From NCBI GenBank assembly GCA_964653635.1, contig CAZZGZ010000003.1, forward strand, positions 8,438 to 72,437: a stretch of DNA of 64,000 nucleotides, in the 5' to 3' direction. Position numbers and translations under genes: made by a program. The DNA comes from an uncultured Lachnospiraceae bacterium. GTDB lineage: Bacteria; Bacillota; Clostridia; Christensenellales; UBA1242. This document shows, one piece after another, positions 1 through 10,368 of this stretch (positions are counted from its first letter, which is position 1; each line of letters opens with the position of its first letter). The notes under the pieces are model-generated. The model worked only from the letters and a program-made list of their open reading frames with translations. It searched no databases and was not told the origin of the DNA.

Positions 1-1594
1 GCCCCGTAGCGTATTTATAAACATAAAATGAGGAGTAAAAATGAGGTATTCTTGCCCACTCATACCTCATCTGAGGGATTTGCTTACATTTTTTTCCGTG
101 ATACTTACTATTTAATTTTTCATAAAGATTACAAAGTTTCTCTGCTGTGAGATTTTCACCATTTTCATACATAGCATGCACTTTTTCTTCAAACTCAGCA
201 AACATCGTTTGCCTAAAAATTGTCGATTTTACTTGTTTTAAAAAGTAATCGTAAAAGTATAATGACTCCTCTTTTGAGGTGGATTTTTTTAGAAAATAAT
301 TTAGCAAAAACATCTCATTTACTGTACTTGCAACTTCAGCAACAAATATTTCATAAGGCGAAGTTTCATATGGCTGTGCCTTTTCACTATGATAAGTATG
401 AAGTGCATGCCCTAGTTCATGAGCCAAAGTAAAGACTGAACCTATGTCCCCTTCAAAGTTTATAAGTACAACGGGATTTGCTCCATACGCCCCAGTCGAA
501 AAAGCCCCTGTTGCTTTATTATTGGTTGGCATGACGTCTACCCATCTTTGTTTTCGAGCCATCTTCAAAATATCCACGTAGTTTTTACCGAGTGGAGAAA
601 GAGCATCAATTATAATATCAAAAGCTTCATCATACGTAAATTTGTAGGAGAGATTTTTGGTAATTTTGGCGTAAGAGTCATAGATTGCGAACTGATCTAA
701 ATTTAAAATCTTACGCTTGATTTCAAAATATCTTTCCATAATATCAATGTTTTCGCTCACCTTTGATATTAAAAGTCTGTACACCTCTTCATCAGCTTCT
801 TCGTGAAAAATTGATGCTGATAATGCCGATTTGTACCCACGAATTTTGGCAAAAGTGCAGGTTTCTTTGACATCATTTATATAATTTGTAGCAAGGAAAT
901 TTATATATTCCCCATGTCGCCCATTGATTTCTTTAAAAGCATTGCGCCTTAAAACTCTGTCATCACTTTCGGCATAAACACTATATAATGACTGATTAAA
1001 AGCGTGACTTTTGCCATCCTTATCCTTTATTTTTCTAAATTTTAAATCAGCATCTTCAAATTTATCAAAACTATCAGAAAATCCGCCAAGAAAACTTCCT
1101 AAACTTGAAAGTAGTTTTTCCTCACTTCCTGATAGCATATGAGATTTTTCTCTTATAATCCCTTCAAAATATCTTTTATGATTTTTGAATTTTTCACTTT
1201 TTACAAGCTTATTTAAAGTGTCACAATCTAAACTTGAAATTTCGACGTCAATATAAGAAGCAAGCATGTTTATCTGTGTCGAAACGGAAGTAACCTTTTC
1301 GCACATTTCGTTTGCTAAAAAGTCTGTCATGTTTTCACACTCTCTAAGATGTGCATAAGTTGCAATTTTTGCATAAGCAATCATAAATTCATCAAGTCTA
1401 TCAAATAACTCTAAAATTTTATCTTCGTTTGGTACTTTCTTACCATTTACACTTTTAACGAGTCCCCCCTCATAATCTGAAATAAAAGTCGCCTGCTGTT
1501 GCAAAGTGTTTATCCTGTCTAAAAAGTCGTCATCGGACTTTGCATAGCTTGATAAATCCCATTTCAATCTATTTTCAACTTCGCTTCTTTCCAT
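1..1594 (-). CDS. pepF: Oligoendopeptidase F (M3B metallopeptidase). The C-terminus is cut by the window edge.
   Basis: The minus-strand ATG at 1594 follows an AAGGTAGGTG ribosome-binding site. The N-terminus reads MERSEVENRLKWDLSSYAKS. A zinc motif, TLAHELGHALH, is encoded around 400-430. The C-terminal YEWARIPHFYSSFYVYKYATG runs off position 1. This ORF is not in the ORF track because it is open at the edge. Confidence 0.85.
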   Translation of the reverse strand, partial: MERSEVENRLKWDLSSYAKSDDDFLDRINTLQQQATFISDYEGGLVKSVNGKKVPNEDKILELFDRLDEFMIAYAKIATYAHLRECENMTDFLANEMCEKVTSVSTQINMLASYIDVEISSLDCDTLNKLVKSEKFKNHKRYFEGIIREKSHMLSGSEEKLLSSLGSFLGGFSDSFDKFEDADLKFRKIKDKDGKSHAFNQSLYSVYAESDDRVLRRNAFKEINGRHGEYINFLATNYINDVKETCTFAKIRGYKSALSASIFHEEADEEVYRLLISKVSENIDIMERYFEIKRKILNLDQFAIYDSYAKITKNLSYKFTYDEAFDIIIDALSPLGKNYVDILKMARKQRWVDVMPTNNKATGAFSTGAYGANPVVLINFEGDIGSVFTLAHELGHALHTYHSEKAQPYETSPYEIFVAEVASTVNEMFLLNYFLKKSTSKEESLYFYDYFLKQVKSTIFRQTMFAEFEEKVHAMYENGENLTAEKLCNLYEKLNSKYHGKKCKQIPQMRYEWARIPHFYSSFYVYKYATG

Positions 1595-1601
1595 AACACA
1601 C

Positions 1602-2315
1602 CTACCTTACAAAATATTTTTGAATATTGAATTTATTCCATGGCAATGATTTGTCATCTGGAGCAACTAAAAATGTCATAATATCTTTACTTACAGGATG
1701 AATAAATGTAACTTTGCCCGCCCAAAGTGCTAAATTTGTTGTCCTACCCTTGTTACTCATACCATATTTAGCATCGCCATAAAGTGGACAGTTTATACTT
1801 GCCATTTGAACACGAATTTGATGACTTCTGCCCGTTTTTAGTTGAACCTCTATCAAGCACAAATTATTCACGCTTTCAAGGACTTTGTATTCAAGTTCGC
1901 ATCTTTTTGCACCATCTTCACTCATAGGCACAACCTTTACCAAATTCTCCTTTTCATCCTTTTTTAGATAGTCTAAAAGAGTGCCACTCTTAGCCTTTGG
2001 TATATTGTTACAAACAGCAAAATAAGTCTTTTTAAAAATATTATTTTTTATCTGATTTGATAAACGCTCGGCAGCCTTTGAAGTACGTGCAAACACCATT
2101 ATTCCCCCTGTTGGACGATCTAGCCGTTGGATAAGTCCTATGTAGACATTACCTTTTTTGTCATATTTTTCTTTTACATAGTTTTTTACAAGCGTTAGCA
2201 TATCAACATCTCCCGACTCATCCGCTTGACTTGGTACGTTTTGAGGTTTTATCACAACAATGATTTGATTATCTTCATATATCACCTTTAATTCTTCCAT
2301 AATTATACCCCCCAT
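1602..2315 (-). CDS. RluA-family pseudouridine synthase
   Basis: Contains the RLDRPTGGIMVFARTSKAAERL catalytic-Asp motif and a C-terminal HQIRVQ motif. The more likely start is the ATG at 2300 (MEELKV), which follows a GGGGGG SD-like run. Confidence 0.8.
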   Translation of the reverse strand: MGGIIMEELKVIYEDNQIIVVIKPQNVPSQADESGDVDMLTLVKNYVKEKYDKKGNVYIGLIQRLDRPTGGIMVFARTSKAAERLSNQIKNNIFKKTYFAVCNNIPKAKSGTLLDYLKKDEKENLVKVVPMSEDGAKRCELEYKVLESVNNLCLIEVQLKTGRSHQIRVQMASINCPLYGDAKYGMSNKGRTTNLALWAGKVTFIHPVSKDIMTFLVAPDDKSLPWNKFNIQKYFVR

Positions 2316-2359
2316 TTTTTACAGATTTTTCAATTTCTATCTTGATAAAATATCATATT

Positions 2360-3562
2360 TTACTCATTTATGAGTTCTCTTGCTATAATCTTGCCCTGTT
2401 CGTAGACTAGTCCGCCCTGAAAGAATGCAGTGAATGGTTTTTTTATAGGTGCGTCACAGGAAAGCTCAATCGATGCCCCTTCAACAAAAGTACCGGCAGC
2501 CATTATGACCTTACAATCATATCCCGCCATATCCCATGGTTGAGGAGTGACAAAACTATCAATCGGTGAGAAATATTGTATTTTTTGGACAAAAGAAATA
2601 AGTTGTTCTTTACTATCAAAAGCTATTGTCTTAACTATGTCGTAACTATTTTCTTGTGTTGCGGGCGAAACTTTGTAGCCCTTTTCTTCCATGACAGCAC
2701 CTACTAAATAGGCACACTTTAATGCCTCTTTCACAGTATGTGGAGCCATAAAAAAGCCTTGATAAAAACTGCGATAGCCATGCTCATACGAGCCTACTTC
2801 CTTTCCAAGTGAAGGGCAACAATACCTACAAGCAATCAAATCTATCGCCTTTTTAGTGCCGACAATATACCCACCTGTTTGAGCAAGTCCGCCACCTGCA
2901 TTTTTAATTAGTGAACCCATAATCACATCCGCTCCCACTTCAAGCGGTTCAACTTTTTCAGTGAACTCACCATAACAGTTATCTACCATGATGTAGCAAT
3001 CCTTTAAAATTTGTTTAATCTTAGGGAAAATTCGCCTCATTTCCTCGCAAGAAATGGCTGGACGAAGGGAATACCCTCTAGATTTTTGCAAATAGATTAC
3101 TTTCGGCTTAAGTTTCTTAACTTTTTTAAGTATTAACTTTTCATCAAGTTTGCCATCACAAAGATCCACCTGCTCATACTTGATACCAAGATCTTGCAAA
3201 CTTCCGTTATTGCATCCAAACAATGTACCTTGCAGAGTATCATAAAGAGTGCCACTTATACTTAACATGACGTCCTTCGGACGTAATAACCCCAAAAGTG
3301 CAACTGAAATTGTGTGAGTGCCAGACATCAAAAGGGGCGACACAATAGCATCTTCTCCACCAAAAACTTCACTATAAACTTTGCATAGTCCCTCTTTGCC
3401 CTTGTCAGTATACGCATAGCCGGTAGTCCCTGCAAAATGTGTTGTTGAAATTCTGTGTTTGCGATATGCGTCAAGCACTTTTTTTGTGTTAAATTCAGCA
3501 ATTTCATCAATTTGCTTAAATCTAATTTTCAAGTCATCTTCAATTTCTTCAATTGTTTTCAT
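2360..3562 (-). CDS. PLP-dependent methionine gamma-lyase-family protein (aluminium-resistance / YnbB-like)
   Basis: The N-terminal TTGYAYTDKGKE...VSPLLMSGTHTISVALLGLLRP...GTLYDTLQ resembles the recalled YnbB family pattern. Its position next to miaA is as in Bacillota. Confidence 0.65.
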   Translation of the reverse strand: MKTIEEIEDDLKIRFKQIDEIAEFNTKKVLDAYRKHRISTTHFAGTTGYAYTDKGKEGLCKVYSEVFGGEDAIVSPLLMSGTHTISVALLGLLRPKDVMLSISGTLYDTLQGTLFGCNNGSLQDLGIKYEQVDLCDGKLDEKLILKKVKKLKPKVIYLQKSRGYSLRPAISCEEMRRIFPKIKQILKDCYIMVDNCYGEFTEKVEPLEVGADVIMGSLIKNAGGGLAQTGGYIVGTKKAIDLIACRYCCPSLGKEVGSYEHGYRSFYQGFFMAPHTVKEALKCAYLVGAVMEEKGYKVSPATQENSYDIVKTIAFDSKEQLISFVQKIQYFSPIDSFVTPQPWDMAGYDCKVIMAAGTFVEGASIELSCDAPIKKPFTAFFQGGLVYEQGKIIARELINE

Positions 3563-4460
3563 TTAAAAATCTCCTCACTAAATCATTCACATTTTCAAGA
3601 GCATTTTCAACGTTTTCAACATCCACCCATACTGCATTATCAAGTTTTTTAAAGTATGTGATTTGCCTTTTTGCATAGTTGCGTGAGTGCTGTTTAATAA
3701 GTTCAACCATACGTTCTTCTGTCGTCTTGCCCTCTAAAAAATCTACACATTCCTTATATCCAATAAATCCTAATGGTCGACAACCACCATATCCTGCGTC
3801 AATAATTTCCTTTACCTCATTTACAAGCCCATTTTTTACCATGTCCTCTGTGCGAGCATTAATTCTTTGATACATCTTTTCCCTTTCAAGATTTAAAACT
3901 ACAACAAGGGCATTGATGTCGTTTGGCAATTTGCTCTTATGTCCACCATCACGTATTATTTCATATGCTCGTATAAGACGAGGGATATTTGAAGGGTCCA
4001 CACTTTTTGCCATTTCTGTGTCAAGGTCAAGAAGGCGGTCGTAAACATACTTTGTCCCTCGTTTTTCAATCATATTTTCAACTTCTTTGCGAAATTTTTC
4101 ATCTTTTTTGGCATTTCCGAAGTTAAAACCCTCAACTAAGGCTCGAATATAAAGTCCCGTTCCACCAACTACAATAGGAAGTTTCCCTCTACTATGTATA
4201 TCATCAATTTTACCGCTGGCATAATTAACAAAATCATAAACTGAAAACTCCTCATAAGGCTCTTTTATATCTATTCCATAATGTGGAATTTGCTCCATTT
4301 TTGCAAGTTGTATCTTATTAGTTCCAATGTTAAATTTTTTGTACACTTGTGCTGAGTCTGCCGAAATTATCTCACCATTGTAAACTTTGGCAATCTCAAT
4401 AGCAAACTCTGTCTTTCCTACGCCGGTGGCTCCTGTAATTACCACTATTTTTCTGTTCAT
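3549..4460 (-). CDS. miaA: tRNA dimethylallyltransferase
   Basis: P-loop ITGATGVGKTEFAIEIA, followed by ISADSAQVYK and GGTGLYIRAL. Confidence 0.9.
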   Translation of the reverse strand: MNRKIVVITGATGVGKTEFAIEIAKVYNGEIISADSAQVYKKFNIGTNKIQLAKMEQIPHYGIDIKEPYEEFSVYDFVNYASGKIDDIHSRGKLPIVVGGTGLYIRALVEGFNFGNAKKDEKFRKEVENMIEKRGTKYVYDRLLDLDTEMAKSVDPSNIPRLIRAYEIIRDGGHKSKLPNDINALVVVLNLEREKMYQRINARTEDMVKNGLVNEVKEIIDAGYGGCRPLGFIGYKECVDFLEGKTTEERMVELIKQHSRNYAKRQITYFKKLDNAVWVDVENVENALENVNDLVRRFLNENN

Positions 4461-6490
4461 CAGTTTACAACCCTTTGAAACATCTTTTCAAATTCTTTTT
4501 GAGATATTGCCACCACAGAAGGCCTGCCATGTGGACATTGTAACTTGCCCTTGCGCATTGTTTCAATAAGGTATGCAATGTCACTCTTTTGTAAGACATC
4601 GCCCGCTTTTATTGCATGTTTGCACGCATATTGACAAAGCCTTTCTCTCATTATATCAAGACTTGTACTTTTTTCGTTGATATTTCCCGCTAAGATATCC
4701 TGCGTAAAGGCTTCAAGATTTATATCTTTAAGTACCATTGGCACTGCACTTATCTTATATTTTTTGCCCTTTTGACGTGCTATCTCAAAGCCTAACTCTT
4801 GTAAAATCGGCATACTTTTTTCCATAATTTCAAATTCCGCAGTACTTACTTCGAATTCGTATGCAAACAAAAGTGGCTGTTTATATGTTTTGCAATTAGC
4901 AGTATTTTTAGTTATATTGTCAAAGAGTATCCTCTCGTGTGCAGCATGTTGGTCTATTATATAGATGTAGTCATCAAGTTCAACGATTATATATGTTTTA
5001 AAAGCAGTACCTATTATTTGCATTTGCTCTTGAACGCTTGCAGAGTAAAACTTTTGCAGTTTTTCTTCTTCTTGACATTTTTCATATTCATAAGACGATA
5101 ATTTTTTCTTCCTCTCATTTTCAACCATCATTTCATTTAACTTTTGACCAAAAAATTGAGCATTGTCGTTATCGAATATGATGGGGTCGTCTGAATCAAT
5201 ATCAACTGGCTTGTTTATCTTTATTGCCTTAAAATCTGGTACATCAAAAGCCTTATGAGTCTTTGCCCGTTTTGCTAAATTATCTTTGGCGATTTTTTCA
5301 TCTTCACCAAGTAACTTATTGCCATAGATTGGGTTGATGTACGTTTTACCTACTTTATCAGGCATAATGGAAGAAGTCTCTATTGAATCAGTGTAATAAT
5401 TACCGAGATTAACAGGGCGAAAACTTTTATCACTCAAAGGTGAACGAGCCTCATTTTCCTCAATTAGAGTATTTTCCATGACACTTTTGTGGTCGTAACT
5501 TAAAATCGGGTCATAATTTTCCATTGCTTTAGAAATAGCATTAAAAATCAAGTTAAATATAATTCTAGGATTTTGAAATTTCACTTGCATTTTTGACGGA
5601 TGAACATTGACATCAATATTACTAGGACTAGTTACAAGATTTAATACATAAACAGGAAACTTGCCTTTAAGCATTGCCCTTTCCATTACTGTGCTGACAG
5701 CGGATGAGACAAGATAATCTTCAACATATCGCCCATTGACAAAAAGACTTTGACAAGAACGATTTGACTTAAAAATCTTAGGACTTGCAATATATCCAAA
5801 AACTCTATAATTATTTGATGAATAATCAACCTGTAAAAGGCAATTATAGACATCTTTACCATATATAGTGTAAATTACTTCCTTTAAGTCACAAGATGTG
5901 GTGTTGTATTTTTCCTTACCATCAATAATATATTTAAAACTTATATGAGGATTGCCTAGTGCAATACGTTCTACAAAGTTCGTAATTTCATTTTCCTCTA
6001 TTTTAGGTTTACGCAAGAATTTAGCCCTTGCTGGAACATTATAAAATAAATCAGACGCCGTTATGCTTGTACCGACTTTACTTGCAATTTCTGTTGGAGC
6101 AGTAAATAGCCCTGCACTGCCTTGTGTCATATACCCCATTTCAGAGGAGTTATGTCTTGAGATTAACACCACATTTGTGACGGCAGAAATAGATGCAAGT
6201 GCTTCTCCTCGAAATCCCAAAGTAGCGATAGAATCAAGGTCATCTTCACTTTGAATTTTACTTGTGGCATGTGGCATAAAAACATTCTTGAAATCGTCCT
6301 TTTCTATTCCCGAACCATTATCTGAAACTCTAATTTTTTTTATGCCACCATTTTCGATTTCGATAGTGATGTTGGTCGCTTTAGCATCAATGCTATTTTC
6401 AACAAGTTCTTTAACTATTGAACATGGCTTTTCCACCACTTCACCTGCTGAAATTCGATTGTATATCTTAGGTGTTAAAACTCTAATCAT
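4460..6490 (-). CDS. mutL: DNA mismatch repair protein MutL
   Basis: GHKL ATPase motifs: ISAGEVVEKPCSIVKELVENSIDA, DNGSGI, LGFRGEAL. I place the start at the ATG at 6490 (MIRVL). It lies 10 nt after an AGGAG and just after the mutS stop. The track start at 6529 would overlap mutS. Confidence 0.9.
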   Translation of the reverse strand: MIRVLTPKIYNRISAGEVVEKPCSIVKELVENSIDAKATNITIEIENGGIKKIRVSDNGSGIEKDDFKNVFMPHATSKIQSEDDLDSIATLGFRGEALASISAVTNVVLISRHNSSEMGYMTQGSAGLFTAPTEIASKVGTSITASDLFYNVPARAKFLRKPKIEENEITNFVERIALGNPHISFKYIIDGKEKYNTTSCDLKEVIYTIYGKDVYNCLLQVDYSSNNYRVFGYIASPKIFKSNRSCQSLFVNGRYVEDYLVSSAVSTVMERAMLKGKFPVYVLNLVTSPSNIDVNVHPSKMQVKFQNPRIIFNLIFNAISKAMENYDPILSYDHKSVMENTLIEENEARSPLSDKSFRPVNLGNYYTDSIETSSIMPDKVGKTYINPIYGNKLLGEDEKIAKDNLAKRAKTHKAFDVPDFKAIKINKPVDIDSDDPIIFDNDNAQFFGQKLNEMMVENERKKKLSSYEYEKCQEEEKLQKFYSASVQEQMQIIGTAFKTYIIVELDDYIYIIDQHAAHERILFDNITKNTANCKTYKQPLLFAYEFEVSTAEFEIMEKSMPILQELGFEIARQKGKKYKISAVPMVLKDINLEAFTQDILAGNINEKSTSLDIMRERLCQYACKHAIKAGDVLQKSDIAYLIETMRKGKLQCPHGRPSVVAISQKEFEKMFQRVVN

Positions 6491-6494
6491 ATTT

Positions 6495-9107
6495 TTATAA
6501 CTCCTTTTTTGCTGTTTGACAAAGCTCATTTAATATTTCAAAAGCGGAAATAGGTGAAATTTTATTCATATCTAAATCTTTAAGTTCATTTACTATGCTT
6601 TGTGCTTTTTTCTGTTCGTACTCAATTTTGACACTCTCATTTGGTTCGATTAGTTTACCCACTTCAAGTTTTACATTAGTCTGTTCTAAATTTTTAGAAA
6701 TTTCCTTTGCACGCAGTATGACCTGTTTAGGCACACCTGCAAGTTCTGCTACTTCCACTCCAAAACTGCGATTACATTGACCACGCTCTATCTTTCTTAA
6801 AAAGATTATCTTATCTTCTCGCTCTCTAACGGTGACCTTGTAAGTTTTAACACCCTTTACAATTCCTTCTAATTCAGACAATTCATGATAATGAGTAGCA
6901 AACAAAGTCTTGGCATTTACGTTGTTAGACAAGTACTCAACGACTGAATAGGCAATAGCTAGTCCGTCAAAAGTTGAAGTGCCTCTGCCGATTTCGTCTA
7001 GGATGATAAGACTTTTTTTAGTAGCGTTTGCAAGGATGTTAGCCACTTCACTCATCTCCACCATAAAGGTACTTTGTCCAAACGCCAAATCGTCACTAGC
7101 ACCAACCCGTGTAAAAATTCGATCTAAAAGTGGAATTGTTGCTGATTGAGCAGGCACAAAACTTCCCATATGAGCCATAAAACTTATCAAAGCAACTTGC
7201 CTCATGTAAGTGGATTTCCCCGCCATATTTGGCCCTGTTATTATTGCCATGCAGGAATCAGTGGTATTAAGATGTGTATCATTTGGAATAAAGCTAACAT
7301 CCCTTAAAAAGGCTTCAACGATAGGATGTCTGCCCTCTTGTATTTCAAGTGTATCACCATTAGTTATGGTAGGTCTTACGTAATTGTATTTTTGTGCACT
7401 AATTGCAAGGGATAAATAGGTGTCAAGTTTAGCCACAGCCATAGCTGTATTTTGAATTTTTTCAATAAAATTCGAGGCGTATTTTTTAATTTCTTCAAAA
7501 AGTTGCAATTCTAATTGTATAGCACTTTCTTCATTCATAGAAACCATATTATTAATCTTTATAAGATCTTCATTTACATATCTTTCATTATTTGCAATAG
7601 TTTGTATACGCTTGTAATCAAAAGGGACTAAGCTTGCCTGACTTTTACTCACCTCTATGTAATATCCGATTATCTTATTGGAGGAAATTACAAGATTTTT
7701 TATGCCAGTTTGTTTTTGTTCTGAAACTTCAAGCTCTTTAACCCATTGCTCTGCTTTTAGTTTAGGATTTCTAAGCTCATCAAGATTTTCATTAAAACCA
7801 CTTTTAATAAAGCCCCCTTCTCTGATGATTAGCGGAGCGGGACAGACAAAGGCGTTATCGATAACTTTACAAAGGTCAGTAAAGTCGTCAATTTCATTAT
7901 ACACACTACTAATGAGTTTACTTTTACATGGCTTAATCACAGATTTTAGTGTTTTAAGCTTTTCAAGTGAACTTTTTAAAGATAGTAACTCCTTAGGCAT
8001 AACATTACCATAAGCAATTTTCCCAGCAAGTCGCTCAATGTCGAATATTTGTGACAAAACGTCCTTTAAATTATCCTTTAAAATGATATTTTTATAGATT
8101 TCCTCAACGGCAGAAAGTCGGTCATTTATTTCACTCACATTAGAAAGTGGCTTGTCAAAATATGTGCGAAAAAGCCTTGCCCCCATACTTGTGCAAGTCT
8201 TATCAAGTAGCCAAAGCAAAGACCCATATTTTTTGTGTTCTTTTACCGTTTCAACAAGTTCCAAATTACGCCTTGTGTTACTATCTAAAAATAAATACTT
8301 TTTTTCATCTTTTTCAATACGATTGATGTTACTCAAACTTCGTTTTTGAGTCTGCTCTAAATATGAAAGCAAAGCTCCCATAACTAGTACTTCATTGTCA
8401 TCTTTTATGCTGTACACATTTTTGAAATTTTCACCAAATTGTTTTTTTAAAAGCCCAGTGCATATACTTTCATTAAAAGAAGACACTAAAAGCTCATAAA
8501 ACTTTGGAAGAAGCCTGATATTATTAAGTGGCAAACTTTGGTATAAAAGTTTCGCCTCACTATTGCCTATTACCTCAGACGGACACACAACACTCAGAAG
8601 ATCTGCCAAAGATTGTTCGAGATTATTTTGATAGGATTTGATTGCGAATTTTCCTGTGGTGATGTCACTATAACAGGCATATAATGCGTTATTATTTTTG
8701 TAAACACACAATATGTAGTTGTTTTTTCGTTCATCAAGCAAACTATCCATAGTCACAGTACCCGCCGTTATGACCTGCACAACTTCTCTTGGTATTTGCT
8801 TTCGACTATCCGCAGGCATTTGCTCACATATTGCAACTTTATACCCTAAATCGACCAACTTTTTAATATAATTTTCACAACTATGAAATGGCACTCCACA
8901 CATCGGTGCACGCTCATCAGCAAGTCCGCAGTTTTTACCTGTCAGCGTTAAATCTAGTACCTTAGAGCATTCAATGGCATCCTCAAAAAACAACTCATAA
9001 AAGTCGCCTAATCTATAAAATAAAATACAATCCTTGTATTCCTCTTTTATGCGAATGTAAGTTTGAAATCCTGGAGAGTATTTTGATATATCTTCAATTC
9101 TACTCAT
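6495..9107 (-). CDS. mutS: DNA mismatch repair protein MutS
   Basis: 870 aa. Walker A ITGPNMAGKSTYMRQ, STFMVEM, DEIGRGTSTFDG, and THYHEL. Confidence 0.95.
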   Translation of the reverse strand: MSRIEDISKYSPGFQTYIRIKEEYKDCILFYRLGDFYELFFEDAIECSKVLDLTLTGKNCGLADERAPMCGVPFHSCENYIKKLVDLGYKVAICEQMPADSRKQIPREVVQVITAGTVTMDSLLDERKNNYILCVYKNNNALYACYSDITTGKFAIKSYQNNLEQSLADLLSVVCPSEVIGNSEAKLLYQSLPLNNIRLLPKFYELLVSSFNESICTGLLKKQFGENFKNVYSIKDDNEVLVMGALLSYLEQTQKRSLSNINRIEKDEKKYLFLDSNTRRNLELVETVKEHKKYGSLLWLLDKTCTSMGARLFRTYFDKPLSNVSEINDRLSAVEEIYKNIILKDNLKDVLSQIFDIERLAGKIAYGNVMPKELLSLKSSLEKLKTLKSVIKPCKSKLISSVYNEIDDFTDLCKVIDNAFVCPAPLIIREGGFIKSGFNENLDELRNPKLKAEQWVKELEVSEQKQTGIKNLVISSNKIIGYYIEVSKSQASLVPFDYKRIQTIANNERYVNEDLIKINNMVSMNEESAIQLELQLFEEIKKYASNFIEKIQNTAMAVAKLDTYLSLAISAQKYNYVRPTITNGDTLEIQEGRHPIVEAFLRDVSFIPNDTHLNTTDSCMAIITGPNMAGKSTYMRQVALISFMAHMGSFVPAQSATIPLLDRIFTRVGASDDLAFGQSTFMVEMSEVANILANATKKSLIILDEIGRGTSTFDGLAIAYSVVEYLSNNVNAKTLFATHYHELSELEGIVKGVKTYKVTVREREDKIIFLRKIERGQCNRSFGVEVAELAGVPKQVILRAKEISKNLEQTNVKLEVGKLIEPNESVKIEYEQKKAQSIVNELKDLDMNKISPISAFEILNELCQTAKKEL

Positions 9108-10266
9108 GTTCTTTTTGAATCCTTTTACTAAGTTTTAATAATCTATTCACCCTGTCTCGTTTTACTTCTTCATCTATTTGATTATCCATATTAGCCGCAA
9201 CAGTGCCTGATCGCTTAGAGTACATAAAGGCAAAAATACTATCATATCCCACACGCTCTACAAGGTCGAGAGTGTCGCAAAACTCTTCTTCTGTTTCACT
9301 AGGAAACCCGACAATAAAATCCGAGGTCAGTCTTACACCCTTAATTTTACTTTTTATTTCATCAATAATCTCAAGATATTTTTCACGAGTGTAGGACCTA
9401 TTCATGAGTTTTAAAATACGATTGTTTCCACTTTGTGCTGGAAGATGAATTTCTTTAAGAATTTTATCCTCTTTTGCAATAGTATCTATAACATCACTAG
9501 TCAAATCTTTTGGATGAGAAGTCATAAATGTCAGTTTAAAGTCCCCATCTATTTTGCAAATTTCTTCAAGAAGTTTTGCGAAACTGCTTCCATCTTTTAA
9601 GTCCTTGCCATACGAATTGACGTTCTGCCCAAGTAGAGTGATTTTGTGATATTTACCCTCACGAACAATATCACGGATTTCGGATAATATTTTTTCCATA
9701 TTTCTACTCTTTTCTCTGCCTCGAACATATGGCACGATACAATAAGTGCAAAAATTGTTACAACCTTGCATGATATTCACCCATGCGTTATCATCAAGAC
9801 TTGTACGATTATAAGGTGTTTCTTCGTCTATATCACCTTCGTCAAAAATTTCTTTAAGACGTGGAGAAAGTTTTTGACGTTTTAATTCAGTTTTACCCAA
9901 ATTTCTTCGCTCTTGAACAGCTTTAATATAACTTTCTATTAGTTTTAAGTTAAACGAACCCATGACAATATCAACAAAAGGATATTTTTGCATGATTAGT
10001 TTTGCCGTTTCATCCTTTTGAGTCATACATCCACACACGGCAATAATGAGATTTGGATTTTGTTTTTTAAGAGACTTTAAAGCTCCTATATTTCCAAAGA
10101 CTCTATCTTCTGCTCCTTCACGGACTGCACAAGTGTTAAAAACGATAATATCGGCATTTTCTCTCTTTTCACAAGGCTCATATCCCATATGTTCAAGTAT
10201 GTACGAAAGTTTCTCACTCTCATGTACATTCATTTGACACCCATAAGTGACAATAAAATATTTCAT
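9100..10266 (-). CDS. miaB: MiaB-like radical-SAM methylthiotransferase. It has no C-terminal TRAM domain.
   Basis: N-terminal MTTase domain TYGCQMNVHESE and radical-SAM cluster motif CNNFCTYCIVPYVRGRE. The protein ends at 388 aa, right after the radical-SAM core, and overlaps the mutS start. Confidence 0.75.
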   Translation of the reverse strand: MKYFIVTYGCQMNVHESEKLSYILEHMGYEPCEKRENADIIVFNTCAVREGAEDRVFGNIGALKSLKKQNPNLIIAVCGCMTQKDETAKLIMQKYPFVDIVMGSFNLKLIESYIKAVQERRNLGKTELKRQKLSPRLKEIFDEGDIDEETPYNRTSLDDNAWVNIMQGCNNFCTYCIVPYVRGREKSRNMEKILSEIRDIVREGKYHKITLLGQNVNSYGKDLKDGSSFAKLLEEICKIDGDFKLTFMTSHPKDLTSDVIDTIAKEDKILKEIHLPAQSGNNRILKLMNRSYTREKYLEIIDEIKSKIKGVRLTSDFIVGFPSETEEEFCDTLDLVERVGYDSIFAFMYSKRSGTVAANMDNQIDEEVKRDRVNRLLKLSKRIQKEHE

Positions 10267-10368
10267 AGTTATCCTTTAATTATTATCTATGTTTTCAATT
10301 ATACTAAAATCTGACAAAAAAAACAAGTATTTGGCATAAATTGAGTGATTTTGCGGAATAATAAAAAA

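Noticed and set aside
220-432. A 70-aa plus-strand ORF at the left end of the window
   Set aside because: It is antisense to the clearly coding pepF region, which includes the HELGH zinc-binding motif.
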